DNA from: Trichoplax adhaerens
Lineage: Eukaryota > Animalia > Placozoa
DNA: 64,000 nt
Assembly (NCBI RefSeq): GCF_000150275.1
Contig: NW_002060946.1
Span: forward strand, 4,607,454 to 4,671,453
Direction: 5' to 3'
Shown: positions 13,333 through 28,357 of the stretch, piece by piece
Numbering within the stretch: the stretch's first letter is position 1
Layout: each line of letters starts with the position of its first letter
Position numbers and translations under genes: made by a program
Notes under the pieces: model-generated
Databases searched by the model: none
The model's input: only the letters and a program-made list of their open reading frames with translations
Told to the model about the DNA's origin: nothing

Positions 13333-16300
13333 TTATTTCTTTTTAAATGGTAATACCAAAGAAATCAATCTATTAAAAATACTTTGCTTTTTGATATCTT
13401 CGATATTTTTGAGTTGGTATTGTCGCGTGGTTAAATTGTGTATAGAACCGAACGCAATAGCAACTACAGTACTAGTTAAGCATATAACTATAAACGGCAT
13501 GCTAAAATCAGGTGTAGGTAAGGTTACAAGTAAAGCTTCTGTATATAATCGAGTGATAACTTCTTTATCATGGTTACGGTTACTTGCCATCAGTGGAGGC
13601 ACCGTTGTATTGGCATCATTTAGCAGAACTGTAGTTATTACTGCTGAACTATAATTACAAGAAATATATTTCAATCAGTAAACTAATAATAACGAGTTGA
13701 AGAATAAACCAGATTAATGCCAACTTTCAATTACATATACGTACAGACATTATATATGTATAATAAACATTTAGACAACATTGTACACGGATTTCTTAGC
13801 GTACCTTATATAAAAACCATGGTGAGCATCTGGTGGGTGTTCCGTCCATTTTAGAAATGCTCGTTGGAAGTCTATCTTTATGGTTGTGGAAGATTTCGCT
13901 GGAAGCCTCAACGCTAATTCCAGTAAGTACGGTCGCGATCGATCTTTTCCGGGAATGAATCGTCGATTTAATAACACTAACATTATGCATAAAATTATGG
14001 TCAATAGTGATTAAAACATGTATACGTATAAGAGTTCAGGAAACTATAATTAATAACAAAAAGATTACCATTCTGAGCTCTCTTTCTGCTACAAAGAACT
14101 TCAAATGTATGTAAATATAATCGAAAGAACCACGGGACAACTTCCATGTACAGAATATTTATATCGCGTTCATCATGGTTATATATCCTTGTCCTGATTC
14201 CACCGTTCTCGTCACCAAGACCTATAAGAAATTATTTAAATTAATTGATACTTACTAGCAAGAAATCAACGGATTATTTTTACTACGCGTATATTACTAT
14301 AATACTATAACGTAATGCACACAGTTGTTAAATGTGCTCCTCACATGGTACTATCAGTGATGATAGATTACTAGATATGAACTATCGTACCTGTGGCATA
14401 TCTATGGGTATCTAATGGAGGGTTCAGTCCGCGTCCTAACAATATATTATAGAAATAAAACTAAATTGTATGTCTTAAAAATGTATAAGGATCAATGCCT
14501 TAATTATGAGGCTACAGAGTTAAGTTAATACCGTATTTTTCTAGTTTAAGCCATTCCATAGCTAAATTAAAACCATGAGAGGCATACGGCTTATCGAAAT
14601 CTGAAGTAGATTTGAGAAAACTGAATTAAAATAGTTTGTAAGTTAAATCAGTTTACTGAGATTGCACATCTATCAGGACTAAGAGTTAAATAAGTGGGAT
14701 ATTAACTTCAAAAAAGAGTAAATTTTTACGGACCTATACGATTTAAGTCATAAACAGCATAAAAATCAGGATTCGTAGGCTTCACGGGAGCCAAAGAATG
14801 TGGCAATGGCTTAAGTAGAAAACCTCCATATGTCTATGCAATAGGAAGAGTACATTATAATAAATGAAAATTGAAATATGTGCGTTGTAGTAATGAGTAC
14901 TTCGTGTGATCTATAATCCGTTCAGTAAGCTTTATTTTTTGAAATTAAAAGCAGTTACTTTTGATCAGTTGTAATACACTAAGATGAAGAATTACCTTAT
15001 TGTTAGATATATCAACAAAGATTTTGCTTGTGGTTGCTAGAGGACATACAGAAGGGATAGCCTTAGAAAAAAGGTTTTCTAGATTCCAGTCTGAAAGAAG
15101 AAAAGTTTCCGTCTATTAACTTAAGGAGTAGCTCAATACGCAGTGGTTCTTGTAACATAAAAGTATTTCGTAATGATCACATCATTTTAAATATTGTAGA
15201 TTGAATAAGATCTGTGAGAAACTTCAAAATATGAAGTTGTACCTCTTGATCCGGAATGAATGATTGGATTGAAAACTAGAGACAGGGTTTGCTTTAATTC
15301 TACGCCAGAAGATTTACAATCTTTAGTCTATAAGTTAGGGGGATAATTTTAAGCAACACATTTCAGAATTAGCATAATCCATTATGCAAAGTACATCTTT
15401 CTACATAAATATGTGATCATTCCAATTTACCTTGCAAAAAGGCCGAACATGAACGCCCATCGAATGATAGTTAACATTATATAGAGCTAAAGAATGGAAT
15501 AAGACTGATAATCCTGCCTATAATTTTAATGAGTTTATAAGTCATTTCTAAGTGTAAGATCAAAATGAAGGCTTTCAATTCTAGTGGTAGCAGCTATTAC
15601 AAAACTTGAAGCTTATTAAATTTTAAACTATAATCAGGACAAAGCTCTGTGATCGCACATAAAGATGATCATACCATAATTGTCATTTACCTTTGCATCA
15701 CATGGTAATAGTTTCTTCCAAGGTGTAAGATTTTCCGTACATATTGTTTCACGCGTTAATACAGCGTATCTCAATCTGGAAGAGTTCAAGTTCTTTTCTA
15801 TTTTTTTCGTAAGCAAAGCGTGTATATTTTTATTGAATAATAAATCATAGTAATGCCACATTTAATATCTGTTGAGCAAATATTCAGTACTCATGACAAG
15901 ACTGAATGATACTGGTGCAATTTCCTGTCAGTACTATAGTGTAATACGTATGGTAAATACAGGTAAATTTGACATCAAAACAACACAATATAATTCAGTG
16001 GCAATGATTTAACCTACCACTGCTTGCTCCTTCAGGTCGAAAACTCCATGCTGGACTGACCGTAGTAGTAGAGTCAATAAAGTTCAGTGAAGCACAGAAT
16101 AGACCAGATAAAGCATTTGTTAATCCAGACCAAGCTGAGTCAATACTAAAATTTTAATAGATTATAAGGTAATGATGAAATATTTAATATAGTAGAGCGT
16201 CATATTCCAAAACATTGCATTCCTAAAGATTACAAACTATACTATAGCACGCTGTGGTTATGTTGTTATCTCTCAGTTACTTTTTGATTGATGTATAAAT

Positions 16301-17624
16301 ATATATAATGTTACGTGACAAAAAAAACGCATTTTGAGTAACATAATTATTGCAACAATCAATTTTATTGGTTCTATAATATAGTAGCAGCATGAAGGAA
16401 ATAAATTATTGCGTAGGATTCATTAAACACGATATTTCTAATCGAGATTGTTATGAAAATGCATTGTTCTTATACTATATCGAGATATAAGAGTACTATT
16501 ACTACGCAATACGCGTAAAAGAAATTATAAAATATACCGTTACCTTTGCGACATATTGGCCGCGAACCAAACACTCAGCTCTGCTCCAGGAGGTGAAGAC
16601 AGTATTGGATAGCCCCACCAGTTGTGCCTCCACAATCCTTGGGTTAGTGAAAAATGTAGTTCCTCTACATCATAGCGACTCAAAATTTGTCCGAGAGGCT
16701 TGGGAAATAAGTTAAAATGTTTAACTATAAAGGAAAGAGAAGAAATGATATATTGGAGTTTTATTACACATATGGTTTCGATTTGATAGTAAGTATCAAT
16801 TTTACGTTAGCTAAGTTGATGCTAGAAAGACCAGAAAAAAAAGCAATTATTACTATTTATTGTTGTTTGCAGAGGCTGCAGTACTGTAGTTACTTTCTAA
16901 ATGTAATGTTGACTGCGGATTTACATCATTGCATTTGAAGCTAAGAATTTTAAGCGAGTGTATGATGGATGCATTACGCTACAAATGATGCATATTCAGG
17001 CAGGGAAAGGTCTGAATTGTAATTTTTAAGGTACAACATTTATTTATCTTCTTTCTTTCTTTAAATAATTACTGTATGTGTTTTAAAATTGAAGAGTAGG
17101 ACAGAAGTGAATGATGATTCTATATCTTCTTCTTAACCTTTGGTACCTCTGAATCTATGTGCAAAGTCAAGTTTTCAGTAGCTATTTACGATTGCTAGTA
17201 AATTATTGTTTACTATGTGTAGAGAACTATAAAGGAAGAATCAACATTATAAATCGTACGCTATCATGATGAACTGTCATGTCTTCTTCACGTATTATAG
17301 TATACATCATATGAAGGAGATTAAGACACTTACTGTACAGCATGCAGACTACAGAGCATCAAAACTGAGGTTAACTTGACACAATGATTTCATTACAGTC
17401 GGTTTTGTAGTGTACTACTTACAAGCATCTTTATTAGCAATATCGACATGCCAATACGTAGTAAATTGAAAATGGGCATAAAGGTGACCAGTTGCCAATG
17501 GTTTCAAGACCAATTCTTCATGATAGTGATCATTTGAGGTTATACTATCAACCAGCATAAACTGGCTTGTAAACTGTAGTATAACTAATATGATATACAA
17601 GGATAAGAAGTGCTTTCTTTGCAT
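13333..17624 (-). CDS. PIGT: GPI transamidase component PIG-T (about 13 exons)
   Basis: Exon 1 (17624-17423) has a signal peptide and [21 protein letters not shown]. Exon 2 (16724-16544) reads [30 protein letters not shown]. Later exons give [44 protein letters not shown] and [15 protein letters not shown]. The last exon has [34 protein letters not shown] and a C-terminal basic KKK. Confidence 0.95.
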
Positions 17625-17794
17625 CCTATTATTTGTTGAGGGCTTACAATTGCTTCAGTTTCAACGCCAATATCAATTTTGGCAGTCCAATATTGCCATT
17701 GCTTTCACCTCTGTAGTTGCAGTGCTTCTTCTGTAACTGTCTAGTGTCGAGCCTTTCATCCATACAGGTAGGGTAAAGAAACCTCCATCTTTCC

Positions 17795-18480
17795 TACAGT
17801 ACAGTACTACAGTACTGTACAGTAGGTGACTGGGTCTCGCAGTTGATAGTTGAAACTGTAGCCCCTGACAGTACAGTACTGTACAGTACTGTACTGCACA
17901 CTGTACGGCTGTATTCATACTGTACACTGTACACTGCACTCTACAGTGACGCACAGTACAGTGTACAGTGTACAGGCAGTAAGTATATACTGTAGCGCTG
18001 TACTGTACACTGTACAGTACAGTACTGCACACTGTACTGTATGACTGTATTAGTACTGTACACTGTACAGAACTGTGCGCGTGCAGTACCGTACCGTGTA
18101 CTGTACAGTGTACAATCACAAAAGCTATACTGTACACTGTACTGTACTGTACAGTACTTCATCACAAAACACCAGTCGGAGTCGGAGTTCGGAGTGACAC
18201 TTGACTCGGATGCAATATTCAGTATATTGTACTACAGTAAAGTAGCAAGCACTAACACTAGCACTTTAGTAACCAACTTGATTACAAGGGCAACGCACCT
18301 GTCAACACCCCAGTGCACAACAGTACAGTACAGTACTGTACAGTTCACTCAGTGTACTGTACTGTACAGTACACCAGTAGATAGATCTTCATGCTTTGGT
18401 CTGGTCTAAGCATACTGTACAGTACAGTACCATATCGTACAGTGCACAGTGGATAGTACTCCGGAACTACAGTACAATAC
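17795..18480. repeat. TACAG/CTGTA low-complexity island in the PIGT-H4 divergent promoter
   Basis: Dense interleaved TACAG, CTGTA, TGTACA and CAGTACTG words in both orientations. Confidence 0.9.
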
Positions 18481-18560
18481 CTTCTAGCAGCCACATTGCC
18501 AACACTAGCTTGCAAAAGCATAGAAGATCATAGTCTTGGCAACCTGCGCTACTTTTTTTT

Positions 18561-18648
18561 AGCCAATCAGTGTTCGCCTGCCTCCGATCAGGTCCTCAAA
18601 ATTGCCTTCATTAATAATTCATGAAGAACTAAGGAAAGAGTATAAATA
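18561..18648 (+). promoter_or_regulatory. Histone H4 promoter: CCAAT box, ATCAGGTCC element and TATA box
   Basis: AGCCAATCAG at 18561-18570, ATCAGGTCC at 18587-18595, TATAAATA at 18641-18648, about 75 nt upstream of the H4 ATG. Confidence 0.7.
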
Positions 18649-18669
18649 GGTAGTTTGCGCGCAGTTTGA

Positions 18670-19032
<363 letters not shown>

Positions 19033-19118
19033 ATTTCTTCAACCGTCAATGCATTTTAATATAAACTCAAAAACCACAACCCAAAATTTTAATCTAAAAA
19101 TTGAGTAATCAATTCAAC

Positions 19119-19156
19119 GGCTTTTTTTAAAGCCACAATCATTTCAAAAAAGAATT
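19119..19156 (+). terminator. Histone mRNA 3' stem-loop and putative U7-binding downstream element
   Basis: GGCTTT-TTTT-AAAGCC (6-bp stem, 4-nt loop, 19119-19134), preceded by CAAC and followed by ACAA, then purine-rich CAAAAAAGAA about 10 nt further on. Confidence 0.85.
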
Positions 19157-20257
19157 GACTGAAATCAATCAACCTTGATTCTGTTTTAATTCATTGACTT
19201 TGCTGCGGTCATGATTAGTCTACAATAAATGTTATATAGCTTTTTGAGTACTGTACAGTATTTTACTGTACTTCTACGATGGAAGTCTGCAACTCTTAAA
19301 GGTGTATGCAACAATGCTAAAATCAAAATCTTGATAGTCTCCGTTACTAGAGTGTACAGTATAATGTACATCAAGATGGCTGAATGTTTTTATGCATATT
19401 GTGAAAGTTGGAAGACTTTGTTACAACTTCAAGCTGTAAAGAAATAATAACTAAAGTGAAGTTTTATGCAGCGATGTACTTTTTTACTGCATTGAATATT
19501 TAGAGTCCTGTACAGTACTGTACTGTATAAATAAATATGGCATATATCGTTATAGATCAATTAAAAAATATATATTTATTACAAACTTTTGCACGCGATT
19601 CGGCAATGTTTATCCAGAACTCGATAGTTACTATATTCGTATGTAAAAAGGCTGTAAAAATTTTAAACCAATGAAATAAAGACCTGACGATGTACTGTAT
19701 ACTGACTGTACTGTACTGTACGTATAATAATGTTGTAAACAGCGAACAAAAATCATTAGCTACTTATAATCTACAAACTTAGCAAAGGCTGTAACATTAT
19801 GATTGAAGTAATTACGGCTTGATCACTCCCACGATACTTGCATTCAATGAATGAATGTAATTGCGACATCGCATAAACTTACATAATCTTTCTAGTATTC
19901 ATAACTACTGTACGTAAAACGTGATCTCATAAAAACGAGTTTCTAACGCTATAAATACATTGCATACCAATAAATTTATACAAATCAGCAGTTGCTTGTT
20001 ACAGTATTTGTTACGATAGGTTATAAGTATAAATATATTAGCATAGCACGATCTTTGGCAAGCTTGCATACGTACATTTTATACGTATTCATGTTTATAA
20101 TTAATTAATTAGCAGGTTCGTAAATTCGCTTATAAAGAGAAGCCAATTCAGAATCCGCAGGCTATATATCTATTCTGTAGTCAAGTTTGTTTGTAGGTAA
20201 GGCTAGTGATAAAGTCCAGTACTGAGTACTGTGCTACGACCGCGACCAACGTTGGGG

Positions 20258-23200
20258 CTATTTTGCTCGGCCATTTTGAGTAGCACAATTGGCTTTAGTC
20301 CATTTCATATCATCTGCACGAGGTGCGACGCCAGTTAGCTTTTCAATAATGTTCTCTAGCTTATTCCAAAATCCTATAACTTCTAATGGATAGTTAAGCC
20401 ATCCCGTTGTTATGCAATAATAAGTATCGTGAGGAGCCACATGGTGAATTTTATGGTGTTGTCGAGGTAAAATTACGTGGTGGTTTTGCAGCCATTCAAC
20501 CAATGGCGGTAAACCGTAATACGAATGAGCCCACTTATGAATTTGATTTGTAAATGCTACAAAGAGGGTCACGGCAAGGATAAGATATTCAAGTGTTATC
20601 CAGTCCATCGCTACGTTGGAGTCTTGATAATAAAATCTGTAGAACTGATTCGATAATACTAAAGCAGAAGTGAGAAAATTATCTCCATTTGTTTCCACAA
20701 AATCGTGTCGGGTGATAGCTGTTGCATCCACATGATGTTCTCGGAAGCCGCGAATTAAAGCCTGATGTGATAGTAATATTAGTATTTTTCAATAAACTAA
20801 CCTACCCAAAATAATGAATTAGTGTTGATAGCTACACTTACGTGTCCGATTACTGGCAAGTCGATAGAGCCCCAGGTATCGCATCCCCAGTGGACTGCTC
20901 CAGAGGCAAAATCAGCAACTAAAATTCCGCTTACTATCAAGATCATAATCATAAGACTGAATTAAGTGATTTCACAATACAGTCATGACGCAATTCATGA
21001 TAACACTATTTATCAATGTTTGCGGCAATGACCAAGGAATCAGGATACAGTGTTAAAGAGGAAAATTGAATATTCATACGCTGGTGATCATAGGTACCAA
21101 CGCGCACTATTGTTACTAACGGATTTTACTATTATCATGCTCTGCTCCAGGAAGAATCATTGACTTACATATTCCAATAACGAGGCTTCCAAAATGATTC
21201 CATTGGAAATGCTTAAATAAGTAGGCTACGTTTATACTCCAAAGTATAAAAAACACAGCAATTGATAATATTTCCTGTGTTCTTTTAACTAATTACAAAA
21301 ATAATAGAGATGTCAACGATACTTAATAGAATTAATAATGTTAATAGCAATTTTATGATTACGCATTAAGTAATAGTGTTGTCATGATTACGATCTATGT
21401 GTCAGTAATTTACAGTTCAATTGACGTACTGTATATTTATCAGTTATCCGTGTACTGTATTTGGAATTTTCTCAGCCTTCTCAATACGCTGGTATATTTA
21501 ACTTACACGTAGCTACTACAGTATAGTGTATTGCTTTAAACTAGATTTAACGCAATGGGTATTCATTAATCAATTGATAAACAGAAATCACTGCAGGCAA
21601 AAGTGTCAGTATACAGTACATAAAATTGGAAAAAGTATTTAGCACGTATTAAGAATAAAATTACTACAGTATTTTAAATCTCAACTCTTAGCTCTCTACT
21701 GAATTGTCAAGCATGTCAAAAATAAATTTCAGCAGTTTATTTTTGCTTATTGCTAATGATTAATTAAATAATAATTAATGAAGGTTATATAGGGGGATAT
21801 AAATTTGAAGAATCCATTGTGACTAAACTTTATTCGGAAGAGGCTATTCTGTACACTGTACAGAACTGTATTTGGTTAGATTATTAATCAATGATATCAT
21901 CAGATCTATCCTTCAGCGTTGTTCCCAATTAAATGTTGAATGTTATATATAACATACTTAATGTACAAAATTTTTAACTCTTGTATGCTGTACTAAGCTT
22001 ACAAAGTACACTAAATTGCGTAATCGGCGTCATTAATGAAATTCTAGCTTTTACGCTGAACAACTACATCATTTAGGAATATTCTATCCGTATTCTGTTA
22101 AGTTATTTTACTGACTATTCTATCCAATCATTTCGTTAAAATATGGAACCAATAGGTTCGCATGCATGTAGTCTCCTTCCAAGACACAAGCATGTTGATT
22201 TTCAATATAGATGGAATCCAGTAGTTGCTCAAATTCATGCTTCAAGCCAATCCTCGGTACAGGACAGTATTATTATTATTATTATTATTATAATCAACAA
22301 ACGTATCAGGTAATGTTAGTACCGGTGTACGTCACAGCTGTTCATACTAGTGCACACAAAGTCATACACTCCATTGTACAGTATAAGAGCATGGTCACGC
22401 CACTTACAGGGTCACGTATTAATATACAATTAATGTGCTGTACAGGACTGATCTAAAGACGTGAAAGCGAAAATGGGTATGGAACTGGAAATTTGACATG
22501 TATGGCAATTTGCAAATAGTACATTGCTGTGCCCACTTTTAAACTTACGATACAGTGCTTATAATACTGTTTTACCGCCTATATCCAATGCATCAATAAT
22601 GGAAAGCCTTACAGACATAATCATTGTACGCGGTTCAAGAAGTTGCATACGTAAAGTACATTATATACAGAACAGTAAACGTTGATGAGGTTCATTAGAT
22701 TGAAATAGCGTTGTAGGACCAATGTTGATCCTAGTTCTACTATACGCAAGATCGTTCTTGGTATAGGATAATGGGTAGGGAAATTGCACGTTTTATATTC
22801 AATCATCATTGCCATTATCCGAATTACAGGTCTATTTCCTTACTGTTCCATCATTGGAAATGGATCACTCGCTAATGTCTTGTGATCCAATATGGGCCCT
22901 TTTATTCATTTGCCTTTGTTTTGTGAATCATCTCATCGCTAAATATGGCATGTTCATTAAAATATTGTATATCGAACAAAAAAATGTTTCAGGCTCATAA
23001 AAAAAGGTATACTAGATATCTTCACAGTTCATAGCAGTTCAAATTGCAGCTTTAACTAGCTTGACTAATTACCTACTGTAATGTAAGAAGTTCTTAGAAC
23101 TGATCGATCGCAGTTATTAACAGTCAGTGTAAACGGATAACGTACACAACCATACATACAGTACATTCTTATATCATAGTTCATGATTGGGCTACTTACA

Positions 23201-23275
23201 AGGTGCGCTGCCTCGAGCAAGTTGAGTTTTAACACCTTTATTTTCCTGCCGTTTGATATATTTGGTGGAAGTCAT
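20258..23275 (-). CDS. TMEM189: Plasmanylethanolamine desaturase (TMEM189/PEDS1/Kua, CarF family), 4 exons
   Basis: Exons 23275-23200, 21288-21170, ~20934-20842 and 20762-20258 join in phase. They give [50 protein letters not shown] and [22 protein letters not shown]. Confidence 0.95.
22268..22291. repeat. (TAT)8 microsatellite in TMEM189 intron 1
   Basis: tattattattattattattattat read directly. Confidence 0.9.
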
Positions 23276-23418
23276 TGATCAAGCTAAATTGATTTAATCT
23301 TGAACGTAAGAATGATAACTCCAATTTTGTTGAGGTTCCAGTGAATCATCACCATTCCTCTGCTAATTTATGAATAGGCAAGACGAAACCAACGCAGTTT
23401 TAAAAGTGTGTACGAGCC

Positions 23419-23530
23419 TACTGTATCAGTAACAGTACCATGTACAGAGTACAGTACTAATACAGTGTACAGTATTACACTGTACTGTACTGTACAGTAC
23501 TGGATACTGTAAGCGGAAATACTGTAGACT
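23419..23530. repeat. TACAG/CTGTA island in the TMEM189-KLHDC divergent promoter
   Basis: For example tacagtgtacagtattacactgtactgtactgtacagtactgg. Confidence 0.85.
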
Positions 23531-23890
23531 CCTCATGGCCCTCGTCTGAACTTTTCTCAGACCGTCAGGTCTATTCTCAGGTCTAATAGAGGTCTTGACG
23601 GTCTAGTCTGGTCATGGTCTGGTACGGTATATCCAGGCTGTACTGTATAGTCTGTATTATCGACATTTCGATCCAAATCGGGAATCTACCTTGAGCCGGT
23701 ACCGGTACCACATTCCGACAACACAACACAAGAAATGATAACAAACCCATTTGGGCCTTGACGTTCTGGAGCAGTTGCAATAGTGTTTGTTTACTATCTA
23801 GATGTTAGTCTGTCATGGTTGTAGTTTGATCGAGAACTACTGATAGCAGTGCTACAATATTGTAGGGTATTTCATATCTTAAGGTTAAGG

Positions 23891-26800
23891 ATGCCATTTT
23901 CTGTAGACTTTCCAATTCCACCATTTGTAAAACCCCGGTGTGGTCATGTCGCTGTATATTATAAAGAACGAGTCATACTTTGGGGAGGTTATTATAATGA
24001 CGTAAGTGTTGCATAATTGAATTAGCTGCTGTAATGAGTTAGGTTAAAGTTTCCAAGGAGTATTTAGTAATTGTAAGTTATATGTAATGTGGAACTACGC
24101 TGAAATGGACTATTGATGGCTTTCAATTGAAAGTGTTAATGGTTGTAATGTAGAAATTGGCTCCACTTTTTGTCCACTTTTCTCATAGCCGACTGTACAG
24201 TACAGTATACTGTACTGTACACTCTGCAGTATACAAGTATACAAAACCGAAAAACACTATCGACGTTAATATTATTATGCAGTATTTGGAATTATCACTT
24301 CAGAATACTTTTTCCTTATAGTTTCCTGTCAGACTTGCACGCGGTATGAGTGAGATTTCGAACGTTTGTAGGTTTGTACGATACTACAATGAATATTGAA
24401 GTCAGTAAAGAATAGAAATACAACAAGCAATAAGAATGAGCGAAAGAAATAGTGCCTTGTTGGGATTACTTCTATTATACTATATAAGATCCCTTTTACC
24501 AGGACAGTAATGCTGCTGATGTATTAGCCAAGTATGCATCTGTTGATGCTGTACAATAGTTTCATAACTGAGATAATGGATGGGAATGATCCTTCATTAA
24601 TCCTATCATACATAATACAATTATACGCGTATGCAATGTACGTGATAAGTTAAGTGATGATTGATCAAGGACGATAAGTGATATCGTTATTTACTGCACG
24701 AGTATGTGATGCACTTTAGATTTGTAAGTATACCATAGCAAGTACAGTTGATTGTAGGTTTAGTTCTAATCTTAATGTTTATTTCGTTTCAGCCAACCAC
24801 CAATCGTGAATCATACATTAATTGTGATCAATTAGACATCTACAATCCATATACGGGGGAATGGTTAGTGCTTAAATCTTTTATGCACAAACAATAATGT
24901 CATCGCGAAATCTATACACGCATATGCTGCTGCATATAACGTGTTGATGGCTTGGTGCATGGGATAGATAAAAATGTTAATTATAAGTATTTAGCTCACA
25001 TCTATGTGTTTAGTTGGATGCAAAAAGAATTGAAGTGCTTACGCTTGTGTGATTTATAAGGAAAACTAAAAGACTGACGGGTACTTTGCCTAGTAACAAC
25101 TGTTGCTCAGTTGGATGTGTGTTAAATGGTTGCCTGTACGTTTTTGGGGGAGAGGTGAATAATTGCACAAGCTCAAAAGTATGTTGATATTACAATAACT
25201 GTCATTCTTTAAAATACTGTAATAACGTACTCGGTAGTATCGTATATTGATTTTAACGATAATTAGTATGGGTGTATGCCTCTAGTATCATGGTACTAAC
25301 TGTAGCTCCAATACTCTTAGTTATATGCCATTGATTTAAAGACATTCCTGGTCAAACTGCTAAGCACTTCGGGGGATATTCCATCTCCACGTAATAAACT
25401 ATGTTGTTGGAGAGAAGGAAACAAGTAAGTTCCTTGCTGTGTACCAATTACAATATATATTATTTGATCAAACAGTTTAATAAAATTTTACAAATTTTAG
25501 GATGTATGTATTTGGTGGATACTGCAACATGCGAGATTATGTCCATGAAAATGGACCTTATAAGATTGTTAAGGATACCTTTTCGTACAGAGTAGATCTA
25601 TTTGAAAATGTATGGACAAGTATTGATACATACTTTCGTAGAGATGCGATAATCCTCATAACGAACTTAAAGACTTAAATTTTCAATTCCAGCTCTCAAG
25701 CTGTTACGGTTGGAGTAATGAGTTATACCAATTTGATACAGTTCGAAACGAATGGAGTTTAGTTCATACGGACATAAAGGTAGCATTTATTATTTATTGT
25801 ACCATTAATATTTTTGGATTTGAAGAACTAAAATTTGCACCTTATGGTTCAATCTCACTACGTTTAATAGTTGATTATATGATTATCGGCAATACCTGTT
25901 TTGCAATTTATTAGGATTTACCGGTACCAAGGGCAGCTCATAGTTGTGTAAAGATTGGGAAAAAGGTTTATATCTTTGGTGGTAGATTTCAGGTATCTAT
26001 AATTAATAAGAGTGATGTTTTTAATCAAGTGGGTCTAGTGATAACCAAGATACATTATGTACATTTTACCATACTAGGAACGGCGTAGGAATGATTTATT
26101 TTGTTTGGATATGCAATCATTAACATGGAAAACTCTCAAACCGTACGTCTTAATTACTCTAAGCTATTAATAGTACTGTGCAATCTTGAATGTATAATTT
26201 ACTGATATCACAGCCAAACAATCAGTAAAGCTGGTAGCTGTGTTACAACAGGGACACACAGGATTGTGAAAATGAACCAGTTGGACGGTCATGGCATACG
26301 CTCTCACCCATTAATCGTGATAAGTTACTGCTCTATGGTGGTTTAGGATCAAGTGGGGAGCTTTTAGGTTAGTTATTGTTTGAGTACAATTAAGATGACT
26401 GAAGTACTTGTTATATAAATATTCGACGATGTTTCTCGAATATGCCGGTCTAGGTTACTGTAGATAAAGTAATCGTTTTCGCGCTAACTACATATTCATA
26501 ATACAATAATTTTTTTAATAATATTTGCGACTTAATGGAACAGAAAATGATGCTTGGATCATCGACTTTTCTGACACAATATTGAAATTCAGAAATTTAC
26601 GTCCTTCCTTAGAGCAGTCTGGGTAAATAAATCTTAATAATGGTATACATAAGCAGTATATAACGACTGCATGTACAATGTACACTAGTTACTAGATTAA
26701 ATGTTGAAGTCATTGAGAACATCACTGGATATCTTATCCGTAGAAAAAGTTTTGAATTTTAGTTTTAGAACCCTCAATCGACTCTGATAGCCCAATACTG

Positions 26801-27259
26801 ACTTTTATCGCATTTCAGGAGTCTATTTTTGTGTACATAACTAATATGTAGCTGATTAATGTTGATAGTTTAACAACTGAAGAAAAAAATCGGCTTTGGC
26901 ATGGTGCCACGCATACTTCTAACATAGGAGAAGTACATATATCTGGAGGATATGCTGATACAATATTTCGATCTCGTCCACCACTAAGTAGAAATGTTTT
27001 AACTTTCCGTGATAGGCCTTTGCCTCTTTACAAGTGAGTGTTAACTGCTGATTTCTATTGTTCTTCATTGTAATTATACCATTGATATTACTTATACCTA
27101 TACTAATGGTTTTGCAGCTGATAGGTAGACTGATAAAAAATCTTATTTCTTTGTAACAGATTATGTCTAATTAAGATTATGAGGCAATTGAAGTTTTATG
27201 AGCCAGTAATTAAGAGTCGTGGTGATGGGGAATTGATGGATTTAATTCGTGGCATATAA
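23891..27259 (+). CDS. Kelch domain-containing protein, KLHDC1/KLHDC2-like cullin-RING substrate receptor (about 12 exons)
   Basis: Spliced reading gives PRCGHVAVYYKERVILWGGY, LDIYNPYTGEW, LYVFGG, GDIPSPRNK, MYVFGGY, GWSNELYQFD, PVPRAAHS, VYIFGGR, RRNDLFCLDM, PVGRSWHT, LLYGG and RLWH. The C-terminus has a BC-box-like PLPLYKLCL. Confidence 0.85.
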
Positions 27260-28357
27260 CAAATCTAAATTTTCGGTTATAGTTATTTTTATATCTTTTA
27301 ATTATCACATTACTAGTGCTTATGAGTATATAGTACGGAATGTGGGTTGAAAGTTTGTTTGTAATAACTTAATAACTTAATTTTAAGTAAGAGCTGCATT
27401 TTTGAGATGGCCAATCGATATTTGTATTGGTGGTAGTATTTTGTCATTACGTATGTATAAACTGTTCCACTTGTCAGACAATTATTTATATGCTTTCGTA
27501 GTTTATGTACTTATTACAGAATTGTGAAATGGCATAACGATATATTAAACCGATGGAGAATTGCATATCAGCCATATCATTTGTCAGAAATCCTGGTCAA
27601 GGGGTTATCTGGAATTATGGTCAAATTGATACTTTGAAGCCTCACAATACCGTAAGAAATATAACGTGGTTGCAAATCACTTATGCCCGTAGTAATATTT
27701 TCGGATAAAAAAATAGGCTATACGGTAGATAGCAGTGTATTGCATCAGATAGCCTTACAGCGTAATCTTTGTTGATTCACAGTATGCTATACGTATACTA
27801 ATGGATCTCTGTAGTCTGTATGTTGATTTGTAAACAACTAGCACGGAGAATGCGTAGTCGCTTGACGCTAGTAAGATATCAAACATTGTGCAGCGCAGGT
27901 GCTCGCGTTCAGTGTTTGCTACATTGAATGAATAGCTATTAAAATTTGGCGAGAAATGTTGCAATCGATGAACTTTATTTAAAATTTGAAGTGATGGAAC
28001 CATCAAATTTTAAATTTACTATTAATAAAGTTATTTGAGCTTTAATTGCATTGGTATAATCTTCATGGCAATAGTAAGGTAACGTTGTAAAGTGGATATG
28101 TACAATGCAGATGAAATCACCTTTGATGTATATTATACAGTATATCTGCTATATATTTTTAATTATACGATTACTGTATATGTACGTCTAGCCTATGGGA
28201 ATCAATAAAGATAAAGAAATCCATAGATATTGAATGGAATAAAGGGAAGTCCGTCTCCTTTTTGCTAATCACTTTTACACAAGTATTAACGCAATAACTT
28301 GAGCTTAGATAACCCTTTATTACGAATTCGATTATAGTAATATTATTACAGTAGTCT

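Noticed and set aside
13313-13654. 113-aa plus-strand ORF
   Set aside because: Antisense shadow of the PIGT last exon.
17673-18409. ORF-track proteins rich in Y/S/T/V/Q/C (also 53254-53532 and 59232-59703)
   Set aside because: They are by-products of the stop-poor TACAG/CTGTA repeat, open in several frames on both strands.
19300-20257. TMEM189-UBE2V1 read-through arrangement as in vertebrates
   Set aside because: No ubiquitin-conjugating-variant exons downstream; the next gene is H4 on the opposite strand.
21289-23199. Nested gene in the long TMEM189 intron 1
   Set aside because: The frames examined are stop-interrupted, with no recognisable protein or consistent exon chain.
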